Under the pieces are notes generated by a model. It was not told the DNA's origin. It saw only the letters and a list, made by a program, of their open reading frames with translations, and made no database searches. A stretch of DNA of 59,923 nucleotides, the filler included, from Nemertoderma westbladi (lineage: Eukaryota > Animalia > Xenacoelomorpha), in the NCBI GenBank assembly GCA_032718475.1. It is 2 parts of 2 records of this genome, joined end to end, with 100 filler letters (N's around TTAATTAATTAA, not from the genome) between each part and the next. Parts side by side here need not be neighbours in the genome. Positions count along the whole stretch, not along the records: positions 1 to 31,025 come from JAUCBJ010000611.1; 1 more part is not named here. The stretch is one strand, 5' to 3'. Positions 12,004 to 23,929 of this stretch are shown piece by piece. Position numbers and translations under genes: made by a program. Each line of letters opens with the position of its first letter. Within the stretch, counting starts at the first letter, position 1.

Positions 12004-14292
12004 ATGGAGATCGATATAAAGACCAAATCAATAGAAAACGCTCTGTTCCCATTGGCTTCTCAGATCTCCAAATTGCTAAGGGAAGAAGATTTATCTAATA
12101 GTAATGAGGAGTTTTCGGCTCATCAGGTTAGAGAATTGGAGCGATTGGTAGACGCGGTAAACAATGCGATACGTTGTTTTACGGAAACGAGCCGCGCGTT
12201 AGGTCGCGCGAATGATTACATCGAAGCCGACATGCGGGAAGTTTGCAAGGACGCATCCGCTGCCGGTGAAAACATCTTCAAACTCATCGTCAGTTCTGGT
12301 CGATTCGATCGCGCGCTAATGGTTCGCATCTCACGACGACTGCTCAGCTCCATCACTCATTCCCTTCTGCTATCCGACAAAATAATCGTTTATAATCTAC
12401 TCGAAGCCAAGTCCAAAGTTTCCGAGTCCCTAACTAAACTGGAAGGGGTTTCGTCCTTCGCCCCGTTTGTAGAGAAGTTTAGCAACTTCGGTACGGACAT
12501 GGTGAAACTCGCGAACCTGACGGGAGAGCGACAGAATGACCTGAAGAGCGATGTGGAACGCTGCAAAATGGCCATATCCCGATGCATTCTGGAACGTTCC
12601 ACCATGCTGCTGCTGACGGCATCCAAGGCCTCCTTGCGACATCCAGACTGCCAGTCCGCGCGGCGTAATTGTGAGTTAGTCTCCGTGTTGATGCGGCAGG
12701 GTCTGTCGTTGGTAGAGGAGTTGTGCGGTTCGGCGGGTTCGGAACCGGGTGCGGTACCCAGTGCGGTACCGGTTGGGATCAACGAGAACCTCTCGGGATT
12801 CATCGATTCCCTCAACACATGCCGAACCTCCAACTTCGATATGCCGAAACTGCATTCCTCAATATCGTCGAAGCTGTCCGGTGTGGTGGACGGCACTGCG
12901 GACTTCACCGACTCCGCCTACTTGGCGCACCCGACCCGCCAACGCCTCCTAGCGGTGCGCGAGGGCATCGAGACGGAGACGCACGGCCTGCTGCGGACGT
13001 TGGCGGGGGTCACCGTGAAGCACAGCAGACGGGAACAGCTGGAGACGGAGATTCGCTCGCTCTCCGCTCGGTGCGTCGAGCTGCGGCGACTGCTGGAGCA
13101 GACCGCGTTGGAGCAGTCTGTGGCGTTGCTGCGACAACGCAGCGGCGTGATGGCCGAGTACAAAACTATCGGAACGGCCGGCGACATCGAGAAGGTAGAG
13201 ACGGCGGACGCGCGGTTCCTGGAGCTGGCCAACCAGCTGGGGGAGGTGGCTCGCTTCTGGAACCACGTGGCGCCCTCGGAGTCCCTCCGTAGCACCGCCC
13301 GCTACGCCGAGCTCTGCTTCCAGGTGTACGCGGACACCGTCCCGCTCGCCGCCAAGACGCTCGCCTTGTACGCGGAGAGCGCGGTCGCGCGGGAAAACTT
13401 CGCCGTCGTCGCGGATATGTTCGAGTGCCAGTTGGCGGACTTAACGGTGCTGGTGGCGGACGCGAAGGAGGTCATAGGGAGGCGGGTGGAGGGGGGCGGC
13501 TCCCATAGGGAGGGGAGCAGCACCCAACGGGAGGGGAGCGGCTCCCATCGGCAGCAACCCCCTCTCCTACTCCCCCTCAGCAACGCTTCGGTTAACAGCG
13601 TGGGTCTGGAACTGAAGCTGCTGACGTCCCAGTTGGACCGCGAGTTGGACCGATGGGGGGAGTGTCCCATCGACAGTGGGGCGGACCACACCGAGCTGGT
13701 GGGCCGGTCCCGCAACCTCTGTTCCATGGTATTCTCCATGTATCTCTGCAGTCGCAACGAGGGCCCCTTAAAGTCCCCCGCCGACCTCCTCACGCAGTCT
13801 CAGTATTTCGCGGAGGAGGCCGGGAAACTTTATCGCAACGCCAAGCTATACGCTAGACAGTTCGAGCCCTCGACGCTAGGAGGCCTCACGAGGACGCTGG
13901 AGAAGCTGCCGTTGGCGTGTCAGCAGCTGGTGGCGACAGTGCGTGGCAGCGTCGCCAAGCCGGAGGTTACGCTGCACGCGGTCCGCAACGTGATGGCCGT
14001 GGTTTGTCGGGTCGTCGCCGCGTGTCTCGCGTTGAATCGTCGCTACGACGCCGGCTCCATACGGGCGGGAGCGCGGACCGCCGCGCGGAAACGGAGCAGC
14101 AGCACCGGGGCCGGGGTGCGTCTCGACGCCGCTAGAGGCGTAAACTGGTCCTCCGTCGAGGCCGCCGGCGAGGCCAACATACTGGATGATGACGTCATGT
14201 CAGTTAAGAGCACCCAATCGGAGCCGGGAAGATTCCGGAACATCCGACGACTCAAACCGACATCCGCCGTCAGCGCGTTCGAGAAGATATAA
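12004..14292 (+). CDS. Alpha-catulin-like (vinculin/alpha-catenin family) protein, single coding exon, 762 aa from the first ATG
   Basis: Uninterrupted ORF. N-terminus EIDIKTKSIENALFPLASQISKL, FSNFGTDMVKLANLTGERQNDLK, LERSTMLLLTASKASLRHPDCQSARRN, DFTDSAY and SMVFSMY..R.EGPLKS..DL..Q are alpha-catulin-type motifs. ATG at 12004 preferred over the TTG at 11998. Confidence 0.88.
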   Translation: MEIDIKTKSIENALFPLASQISKLLREEDLSNSNEEFSAHQVRELERLVDAVNNAIRCFTETSRALGRANDYIEADMREVCKDASAAGENIFKLIVSSGRFDRALMVRISRRLLSSITHSLLLSDKIIVYNLLEAKSKVSESLTKLEGVSSFAPFVEKFSNFGTDMVKLANLTGERQNDLKSDVERCKMAISRCILERSTMLLLTASKASLRHPDCQSARRNCELVSVLMRQGLSLVEELCGSAGSEPGAVPSAVPVGINENLSGFIDSLNTCRTSNFDMPKLHSSISSKLSGVVDGTADFTDSAYLAHPTRQRLLAVREGIETETHGLLRTLAGVTVKHSRREQLETEIRSLSARCVELRRLLEQTALEQSVALLRQRSGVMAEYKTIGTAGDIEKVETADARFLELANQLGEVARFWNHVAPSESLRSTARYAELCFQVYADTVPLAAKTLALYAESAVARENFAVVADMFECQLADLTVLVADAKEVIGRRVEGGGSHREGSSTQREGSGSHRQQPPLLLPLSNASVNSVGLELKLLTSQLDRELDRWGECPIDSGADHTELVGRSRNLCSMVFSMYLCSRNEGPLKSPADLLTQSQYFAEEAGKLYRNAKLYARQFEPSTLGGLTRTLEKLPLACQQLVATVRGSVAKPEVTLHAVRNVMAVVCRVVAACLALNRRYDAGSIRAGARTAARKRSSSTGAGVRLDAARGVNWSSVEAAGEANILDDDVMSVKSTQSEPGRFRNIRRLKPTSAVSAFEKI

Positions 14293-14938
14293 GTGTGTAC
14301 CGGTACCGGTAGTTGAGTTTGTAGATATTTCATTGTCACTGATCCCTTTTAGTGTTCGTTATGTATTAAATGTATCAATATTTATTACCATAATAGAGCT
14401 TTATATATATATATTAGGGCTCAATATTAATTAACACCATGATGCAATAATTAATCAATGTCGCTAATCTCCTTTAGGTGCAGTAGGTCCATGTAGTTAT
14501 CCGTAATTCATGTCTATTAATTTATAATTAATTATATTTATAATTTCAACTGTTTTTAATGGATTTATTTACATCATTACTATAAGGAAACATTTTTTGT
14601 ATTTATTTATTATCGTATCCATTTATCGTAGTTTATATTTATAGATTGTTTGTAGTTTATTTATTTCTTGTGAATTCGTTTATGTATTTTATATGTTAAT
14701 ATAAATTTGGTTACGATTTGTAAAATAATACTTGGAGAAACATTGAGACATAAATTGAACACAGAATATGATTATCAATAATGATATTATATAATAATTT
14801 TTTTTTTTAATAATTATTACACCCCAGGCAGGGTAAGAGTCAGTATAATTATTTCAATATATATAAGTTATAATTATTATAGCACAACATTCGAAACCGT
14901 AAAAATAGGTAGGTACAGTACTAATATTATGTAAATAA

Positions 14939-15628
14939 TTATTTAGAGTTAGACGCAAGAATAGACAACCGAGGGCATTGGGGACAGACAAGGCAGTGAT
15001 ATCGGTCAGAGCAGCGTAGGTCACAGAATCGACATAGACATTCGCTTGAAAGAGGATGAAATGGTGTTGGGTTCAGACATATTTTAAAATGGAATCCGTG
15101 GGAAGTAGCTCGAGTAATTACGTGTCTGTTAGTCTGATGGGGGCGTTTCCATATATCTGATTTAAAAGCTGGTCCGTTTGAATATCCTTCATTGATGAAA
15201 TTTGATTCTCGGTCAGCCCGGTGTATCCTGTATGATGATATAATATCGCGATTGAATGTGTTGGGATTATGTTCTAGAATTGATTCGATGAAAGTTTTCT
15301 GTGCGATAAGTTTGAGAGAAAATGTTGATGAAGCAGATTTATGAAGTGCGAGCATTGATTTGACGAAAGCGGATTTAATTTTATCAATTTCTTTCAGATG
15401 GGTGAGTGTGAAAAATGGGCCGATTTCTGTAAAGGAATATGTTACTAGAGGGTATATTTTCATATTAAATATTTCAATCGCAGTTTTTGTAGATAATAAT
15501 CGCAGGTGTTGAAGTGAGCCAATAACTCCGAACGCTTTCATTTTCTTTAGCTTTAGGTGTGTTGAGAAAGATAAGGAAGGCTGAAGTGTTATTCCAAGAT
15601 ATTCATAGTTGTTCACCAATTTAACCAA
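14939..15628 (-). pseudogene. 5'-truncated non-LTR retrotransposon ORF2 C-terminal part
   Basis: VNNYEYLGITL..LSFSTHL (RT domain end/thumb) followed by a Cys/His-rich C-terminus (CLCRFC..C..H..C). Confidence 0.7.
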
Positions 15629-15751
15629 TTAACCAATTTCACCAATTATATAATAATAAATCATACACTTATAGAGCCGCTTATACCAAGTATCGGTTCT
15701 AAAACGCTGTAACCCCTCCTATTATATTCCATTGTATTGGTATACGGGTGT

Positions 15752-16603
15752 ACGGACAATTCCGACCCGGACAATTCCGATCCGGACAATTCCGACTCGC
15801 ACAATTCCGACCCGGACAATTCCGACGCGCACAATTGCGACCCGCACAATTGCGACCCGCACAATTGCGACCCGGACAATTCCGACCCGGACAATTCCGA
15901 CCCGGACAATTGCGACCCGGACAATTCCGACCCGTACAATTCCGACCCGCACAATTGCGACCCGGACAATTCCGACCCGGACAATTGCGACCCGGACAAT
16001 TGCGACCCGGACAATTCCGACCCGGACAATTCCGACCCGGACAATTCCGACCCGGACAATTGCGACCCGGACAATTCCGACCCGTACAATTCCGACCCGC
16101 ACAATTGCGACCCGGACAATTCCGACCCGGACAATTGCGACCCGGACAATTGCGACCCGGACAATTCCGACCCGGACAATTCCGACCCGGACAATTCCGA
16201 CCCGGACAATTCCGACCCGCACAATTCCGACCCGGACAATTGCGACCCGGACAATTCCGACCCGGACAATTCCGACCCGGACAATTCCGACCCGGACAAT
16301 TCCGACCCGGACAATTGCGACCCGGACAATTCCGACCCGTACAATTCCGACCCGCACAATTGCGAACCGGACAATTCCGACCCGGACTATTCCGACCCGG
16401 GCAATTCCGACCCGGACTATTCCGACCCGCACAATTCCGACCCGGACAATTCCGACCCGGACAATTCCGACCCGCACAATTCCGACCCGGACAGTTGCGA
16501 CCCATGAAAATTTCATTCGATCTTTGAATGGGTCGGAATTGTCCGGGACGGAATTGTCCGGGCCGGAATTGTCCGGGCCGGAATTGTCCGGGCCGGAATT
16601 GTC
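15752..16603. mobile_element. Foldback-like element: ~50 x 15-bp CCCGGACAATTCCGA repeats plus ~5 inverted copies
   Basis: Array 15752-16503, ~25-bp spacer, then inverted units GGAATTGTCCGGG at 16530-16603. Confidence 0.75.
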
Positions 16604-16860
16604 TAGAGCAATTGGGAACTAGGTGAATGATGTATCATCCCTAATTTGGCCTCCTGTACTATGCTTGTCGATGATTATGGTACCATCAAGCGGAATGTTG
16701 TACCATTCCATTTATTGTAAATTATCACCTGACAAGCAACATTTAGCAATGCGGAGAGTAATGCTATATAGTTGATGTTAAAATAAACTAAATAAACTTT
16801 TAGGTGGGTGACTGGATGGGTCTTCGTTCAGTTAACTATAAATTAATCACTTAGACTCAC

Positions 16861-17024
16861 CAGTAGGAGTTTTTTGTAGTTCTATCGAGTTCGAAATTGC
16901 CCTGTAGACTTCTGGATGTTCCATATTAACAATAAATTTTGCCCGTAATTTAGGATCGTCCATGCATGGAAACAAAGTTCGTGCATGATCCGGGAAGAAC
17001 GCGGAACCGGCTATCGGCCGCGGG
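16861..17024 (-). CDS. M1 aminopeptidase (APN-like), exon 2 (not in the ORF track)
   Basis: Acceptor TTTCAACAG (17026-17025), donor G|GTGAGT (16860); 164 nt, phase 2/1. Encodes PRPIAGSAFFPDHARTLFPCMDDPKLRAKFIVNMEHPEVYRAISNSIELQKTPT, the M1 'AR.aFPCfDeP..ka.F...Hp..y.aiSN' motif. Confidence 0.9.
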
Positions 17025-17619
17025 CTGTTGAAACAAAATGTGTTGTATCTGTGTTAGCTGTCATTTATATGAGGAGTGAAGCTTGGGAACTGAACTGTGC
17101 ATAGATGACGTCACGTTCAACAGAGGAGGGGGGGGGCTCAATAAGTGTCTTTTATCGGTCTTTATGCCACGTAGCCACAACGTCATCGCTGATTATTCAG
17201 CTCAACCATCCGCCCCACATAGCCACAATTAGTAGACCCCGACTACGCAGAGTACCCTATCATGCAACCAGGCAGTGCTGCACGTGAAACCACTACTGAC
17301 GTCACAAATGGCACAATCTAGAAACTCCCCTGTAGTTTGAGACGGGGTAAAATCCCGGTTAAAAATAGGGGAATTTTTTGGTTAAAAATGGGGAAATTGT
17401 TAAAAACAGGGGAAAAGTGGCAGGCTGTACGAATATATACCTCATCAACTCAACATAAACGAATTATACAAACATGCACAAAACCACATATTAAGTTTAA
17501 CAAATTATAGAAAAAAATACATTTTTGAAGTGGGCTAATTAGTTATATGGGTATTACTGTAGCTATTACAATGTCTAAAAGTTCTGGAACAAATCAAATT
17601 CGCCACAGTGTTTCTACTG

Positions 17620-18560
17620 GGGTTTGTGTTTCGTTCGTGAAGTTATAACAATTTCCATTTAGGGAGACCTATTGAAATTACTATTACTATATATAATGAA
17701 AGGTCGATTATCTCCAAATATATTTTTATCAAATTGTCAACTTCAAAACCCCAACTACTTCTACAATTTTTGAGCAATTAGTCTGAAAATTTATGTGGGT
17801 GTCTAGATAGCCACCCTGCATAAAAGTATCAGACAACTTTTTGAAATTTTGTTAATAAAATATAATTATTTTCACAAAATTTCGCCTCATAGTTATGTTG
17901 CCCCATCTTTGATCTATCATATAAAAAAAACTTTCATGTGATTAGATTCAAAACTGTAAGAGCCTTGCAACCAAGTTTTTTTTTTATTGTTAACGAGTAT
18001 TAACTAATATTAAATAGCGAAAATTTTTTTTTCTTACCTGTCATGTAGAGTAGCATCTTAGACACCTATATTCCAAATTATAGCCAAAACCAAACAATTT
18101 TGAATAAATCGAAGAGTTATCCGAAAATGGTGTACCGAAAATTATACGCCTCGTTGTGCTCGTCCTGTTTTATATTTAAATATATTTCCTAAACGCAGAC
18201 TGACGATCTTTATAATAATAATAACTAGGGATGCGATCAATTTGTGAAGCCAGGTGGTTTATATAATAATATAGTCAACGCAGTACTCGTCTTCATTATA
18301 AGCCTCGTTGTGCTCGTCCTGTTTTTGTATTTAAATATATTTCCTAAACGCAGACTGACGATCTTTATAACTACAGATGCGTTCAATAGGCGCAGCCAGG
18401 TATGGTTTATAGGAATATAGTCTACGCAGTACTCGTCTTCATTATATGCCTCGTCGCGCTCGTCGCTCGTCTTGTTTTGTTATAAAATATTTTTCCTAAA
18501 CGCAGACTGACGACCTTTATACAGTTATAACTATGCGAAGTTTCGAAACTGTGCGAGTAA
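17620..18560. mobile_element. Probable non-autonomous Helentron/HINE-like element with three ~150-bp tandem repeats
   Basis: GCCTCGTTGTGCTCGTCCTGTTTT..CCTAAACGCAGACTGACG recurs at ~18148, ~18302 and ~18448. The family assignment rests on overall style only. Confidence 0.4.
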
Positions 18561-19328
18561 CTGCTGATACATCTATGTGGAGATATGTGATACAACGCCA
18601 ACGCATCGTATGCCGATGTAGTAATATGGGTATGGAAATAATATTAAATCAATGTACACTCTTAAAGCTGCAGCGAAAATTGTAGCTAATTTCCTTGGTT
18701 ACATATAAAATAATAATATTATTTTTAAGAACATTAATTTTACTACTTTGCAAAAATTCAATTAAAAAATAACCAGACAAATACATTGTGGAATAAACTA
18801 TTTCAGATATAAGCCTACAACAGCCATGCCATGGATGTATTTATGTTATTATATCTGTCATTTACCTGAGATAGCAATACAACATTTATAGTAGAGTCAA
18901 TAGGAATTGGAATACAGGACGGATGGTGGGATGTGGGATTTAAAGAATGCTGTCCGGGCTGGAATAGCAATACTGGTTGCCTATTACAATTCCTCTCTGG
19001 TTAGTCTACAGCAATAACTCCCAGCCAGCTAGCTCCACACCAGCAGAGACTTGACCAATAATGGGCAGGATTAAATTTGAACTCAATAATTGTGCCGCTT
19101 TAATTTCGTTTAGATCAATTAAAGACACATTTATTAAAGCAAATCACTTGAACTAATTAAAAACTATAATAGAATGGGGTATGTGGATTACATCTGTATA
19201 ATTTTTAAGTATAATTATTTAAATCTTATACTGTAAAATAATTAATTTCCTTTAAAAGGCAGGTTGAAAATGGTGTTTTTACCGTAATCAACTTAATTAA
19301 TTAATTAACTGCTATTATCTTAGCTTCT

Positions 19329-19635
19329 CGAAGGCCACACGGAAATTCAACTTGGAAAATTTCTAAACTTCTTCAGGGAAACCAGAAAAACTAAAGTGGT
19401 AGGTTGCCACGGAACCCGGGGTCGGCCTTTTCCTGTGGCGCTAGCGACGAAAGTAAGCGAGCTTAGCATACGGGTACTGTACCACTAACTCAATCGGTGT
19501 GTCTGTTGCTCTGTTGTGTCCAATTTTAAACGTATATAACTCAGCCAAATCTCGATAAATATATCCAAACTTGGTACATATGTAGTCTGGCAAAAGTTTA
19601 GAAATTTTCCAAGTTGAATTTGCGTGGGGTCTTCG
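19329..19635. repeat. 41-bp inverted repeat pair around a ~225-bp spacer
   Basis: CGAAGGCCACACGGAAATTCAACTTGGAAAATTTCTAAACT vs AGTTTAGAAATTTTCCAAGTTGAATTTGCGTGGGGTCTTCG. Confidence 0.7.
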
Positions 19636-21325
19636 TGCAGCATCTGTGTAACTGTCTTGCAGTTATAATAAATTTATTTACCCAAAAATTATTAGGCTTG
19701 GCATCAGCTGGTTGCTAGGAGACTGCAGGATATATCAGGTGGGTTTGAAATTCAGCAATACCGGTACAATGCAGCAATAATGTGGCCTTGGGAAGTGTGG
19801 TAGGCCTATTTCAATTGCTTCAGCCATTCCAGATTGCAGAGTTCAGAGTATTCAGTTATTCGCGACTATTCAGCCATATCATGTACCGGTACGGTACCTT
19901 AATCTTATTAAACATATGTTTTACAGTACGGTACCGGTACTGTATCAGTGGTACACGGTACGGAGTTACCGGTACCGTCTTTAGGTCGTTGGCGCCACCC
20001 ACCAATCGGCTCGGCAAAGGCAACCATGCAGCCATGGAAGTTTTGAAATTATGCGGACTTAAAACTGACTGACATATTGTCAGGTTGTACCAGCTGACCT
20101 TTATTCCATGTTCCGGTATCCACTACTGCACTAGGTACCCCAACAGCCCAATACTGCAAAACCCAGCAACGTTTTGGAATTGTACCGGTACTCAAACAAC
20201 TCGCCATCAAGGCCACCGCCTTGACGTGTCGTTGGCGACCTCGACTTTTGGTATCGCTACTGCGCTAGCGCTATGGGCAAACTGGACTAACCGATGAGCG
20301 AGACCCGAGGAATGAAGAATGCATTGAATTTTTTGAGTAGATTGACTGTGGACTTCTATGATATCGATGCCAAGCTGCCAATGCGAAAGTTTTTTTTTAA
20401 GTAAAAGTTTGGTTAAATTTTCTTAATTATTTATTTAAATTTAAAGTAAGTCTTAACATTCTAAGTACCGATTTTGGGATAGAATTGCTCAATTTTAATA
20501 TGTATCTAACAACTGACCCTCGTCCTGTGCGATGGCCCCACGAACTTTCACAAAATATCCCATGAGACCAATGAGATTTTGATAAAAAATAATGTCGATT
20601 ATATTTAGACAGAAAGTTGAACATTATTGAGGATAAAATTAACAATGGAAATAAACGATCTTCATTGCTTATTGACATACATTTACATTTCTCACTAAAT
20701 GGGACTACTGACTGGACACTGGACAGCATCTACCGTAATAATATACTTAAGCTTTAAGGTCTGTAACCTCCATCTATCATTACCAGCAAGCGTTATTGGT
20801 AAAACATCATGGCAGCCAAATAAAATGATATCTATTCGAATAAAGGAATTCGAATAGATGTACACTGTATAATACAGTAGTATGATGGCTAATACCGTGT
20901 AGAATGGTTATATTCAGGAAAATATCCCAATAAACCAATTATATTGCCCCAAATATCCATGTTACTAGGTAACTGCATACGCTACTCATGACTAACCAAT
21001 GACAAAACCTCTTATTAAGAGTTCCCTTTGTTTTTAACAATTTCCCTATTTTTAACTGAGCTTTTACCTCTAGGGGCCTACTGTGTTGTTTGTAGGTGCA
21101 AACTACGATCCACTACGCTTTGGAATACGCTGCCCCAATAATGCTCTTGGTAGTTCGTATAACAGGTTGTACTCTACCTACACAATCTGGTTCTTAATCT
21201 TAAGTATATTAGCCCCATTTTTTATACGTAATATTATTTTGTATACATTGCTGTGATAAATAATATATTATCCATAATTGTTCGAAATTTTAGATTAGTC
21301 CGAATTAATAAATTGATATAATTAC

Positions 21326-22032
21326 CTGGTGTAATTCGGATGCATGTAATATGTCACATAGAATCCGAAACCATCGGTCCGCAATTGGCCAGTGTATTCC
21401 ATTGTGAGCTGGTAGACTCTTTCTTCGTGCAACTGTTCACCCATCTCCAATATTACCATGTCCCTGTGACTGTCATAGAATGTTTCCCAGACACTCAACT
21501 CCGAGTAAGTCGCATAGGGAACCGCTCTAGTGCTGCCAAAAACTTGTTTTACATTAGTCGATTTAATATTCAAGTTTTTCGAGTTTAGTACGATGTAGTA
21601 GGTTGGCTCAACGCAGGTAAAGGTGATTCTAACCCAACCTTCTATTGCGTCGGAGTTCCCCAAATGGGTAGTAAAGTTGAGATGATAGTAGGTTGGTTCT
21701 AGAGCCACGGGCAGGTAGGGTTTTGGCCACACCGTGTTATTCCATAATGGGTTATAGAAAGTCGGTTCCGCACAAACACTGAATGCGAATATGGCAAGCA
21801 CTGCGGCAGATATACCGAAGGTCACGGTGGCCACGCATATCGCCATGCAAGGGAAACAGTTGAGGGACCATCTCGTAGGTGTGTCAGTCTCGTACGGTTT
21901 CTTTGGAGTGGGTTTACGGCCTTTAGGGTCCCGGCCACCACCACGCCCAGGTCGCTTTGTTTCTACGTTAATCGGCCATTTGTAATCGGAATCGCTGGAC
22001 ATCGAAGTTTCCGTCTTAGATTGGGCGCCCAT
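21326..22032 (-). CDS. M1 aminopeptidase (APN-like, type II membrane), exon 1
   Basis: Cytoplasmic tail, TM helix (MAICVATVTFGISAVLAIFAF-like stretch), LP..LEPTYYHL, G.V.I.F.C..PT..IVLNSKNL.I, Y.L..EY.G.L..D..GFY..YY. Donor AG|GTAAT at 21325, phase 2. Confidence 0.9.
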
Positions 22033-22959
22033 TGTCGCGTTAGTAACCGATATGGAATGTAGGTTTTGATTATTAAATATTTAATATTGCTCTTTTATAT
22101 GAAACATCATTACATTAGATGTAGAGAGTTCTGTCTGTGTTTTATAGGATATTTTAGTAGTCGCTTCAACTTTTACTTTTTTCGTCCAATAATTTGCATA
22201 GGTGATAAAGTGTATTCACACGAGTGATAACTTCATATTAAAAAACTTAATTGGCCGTTATTCAGCCACTGTAAATAATTAATTAATAAAAAAATTTAAC
22301 CTTTACTATATAACTATTTTTTGCTGCGGGATGTGTTATGCTACATACATTACACTGACACAAATAATTTCATTCCTACTGTACCCATGCTTTCCGATGC
22401 ACATTATACAGTAACCGGTATTCGCATACACTTAAATATAAAAACCTTTTTATTAACTGTTCGAGCGAATAATTAATTAGGTGCAGTGTTGTTATTGCCA
22501 GCTTTCGAATAATAAATAGGTGTGACGACAATTTAAGTAATATACAGTATATTATCTGGTAGTTAATTTATCTCACTGGTTGCGCTATTACTTAAACACT
22601 GGCGTAATATGGATAATCATTCAACATTATATATGTTTGCTCATTATCAACCTTTGAACCTATTGTAACTAATACTCGTATCCTACGCACATACGATAGA
22701 TGAAGAGTTCGATTCGCGATCTGTACGTGTTACATGTGTTGCGTTCAATATTCGGAGAAACATTACCCAAGTTGGAATGGAAGGTGCATGGCTGATCCAG
22801 TGATTTAGAGTCTGCCGGTTTTTCACATTAGTGTGACCGGTCCTAACTGTCAATTTTAGCCGCAACACTAATTAATGCTCTAAAGACTACAGTATATAAA
22901 TCTATGAAGATAAGTCTAGTCAGATTAGACAGATACAGTATATAACACAGTACAAGGTA

Positions 22960-23889
22960 TTATATATAACGAACCTGCCTATTAATAGGCCAGGGTAGTT
23001 CTTGTCAAGAGTTGAGCCGTTCAAGGTCTATCTATATATGTGTGTGTATGTTTAACCCTCCAATATCTCAAAACTCAAGCAGGTACGCAAAAATTTTAAT
23101 AACAAACTTAACATAAATTTTGGTTGCGCAAGGGGCTGTATATTTTTTGTGGCGTTTCCATCACGGGGTCACTGAAAAATAGCGGTTTTGAAAATTTAAA
23201 GTCGAATTTAACCGATTTCAACTCGTCGAGTATGCACCAACTTTTATATTTGGGCTATTCAGTAATTTGAGCAACATATTTGGGCCTCAGAATATTTTGA
23301 AATATCGCCAATCTCGCACAGAACGTCGCCAAAATTTGTTAGTCCGGCAAAAAAACGCACAAATTCGTCCAAAATAGTAAATTATTGGTTGCAGAATAAT
23401 AATATGATTCAACTAGAAAAGCCATCAAGCTGGCTATAAGGATACCGTCCATAGACAAACGTAGTGTAGTTGGGTCTCTCCTCATTCATTATCATCAACC
23501 TATAAACCATTTGAACGGACCAGTGCTTACAATTCAATCAGCTGGCCTCCCACCTAACATATCAGTGAGTATAAACTAATAGATATTCCCATAGGATTCA
23601 CTGGGGAGAGCTTTCAGCTGTCGGGGTAATACATTATACAAACTAACAGTTGCTGTTTGATTACTGTTTGGGATAGAGTGAGAGAGTAATAAATTTAGCA
23701 AGTAATATACTTCTGTGCAGTTTGGGCCTATCCATTAAATAAATAGTAGTAGCTTACTAGGCCCTCATGAGTACCAGCAGTTGGTGTTTCCATCGTTGAG
23801 TTGATGGTCATTTTCGTGTTTTCATTTTCGCTCACTCAGGGTGCTGGTTTGAGGGGCAGGTTCGTTTAAAGCCAGCATAATAATGTAGT
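22960..23889 (+). mobile_element. Non-autonomous Helentron/DINE-1-like element
   Basis: Subterminal inverted repeats AACGAACCTGCC (22968) / GGCAGGTTCGTT (23855), a microsatellite-like TATC/GT tract after the 5' repeat, and a 3' end ..TAGT. Confidence 0.55.
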
Positions 23890-23929
23890 GAGAAAATTAG
23901 AAAAATAATGTGAGAGCTAAAAGTTTCCA

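Noticed and set aside
12390-14339. Antisense and alternate-frame ORFs over the catulin gene (and likewise over the Neuralized-like and TE genes)
   Set aside because: Shadow ORFs from GC-rich codon usage; no recognisable domains.
15661-16622. Six long ORFs (237-296 aa) over the 15-bp array
   Set aside because: Artefact of a stop-free 15-mer repeat; pentapeptide translations appear in all frames.
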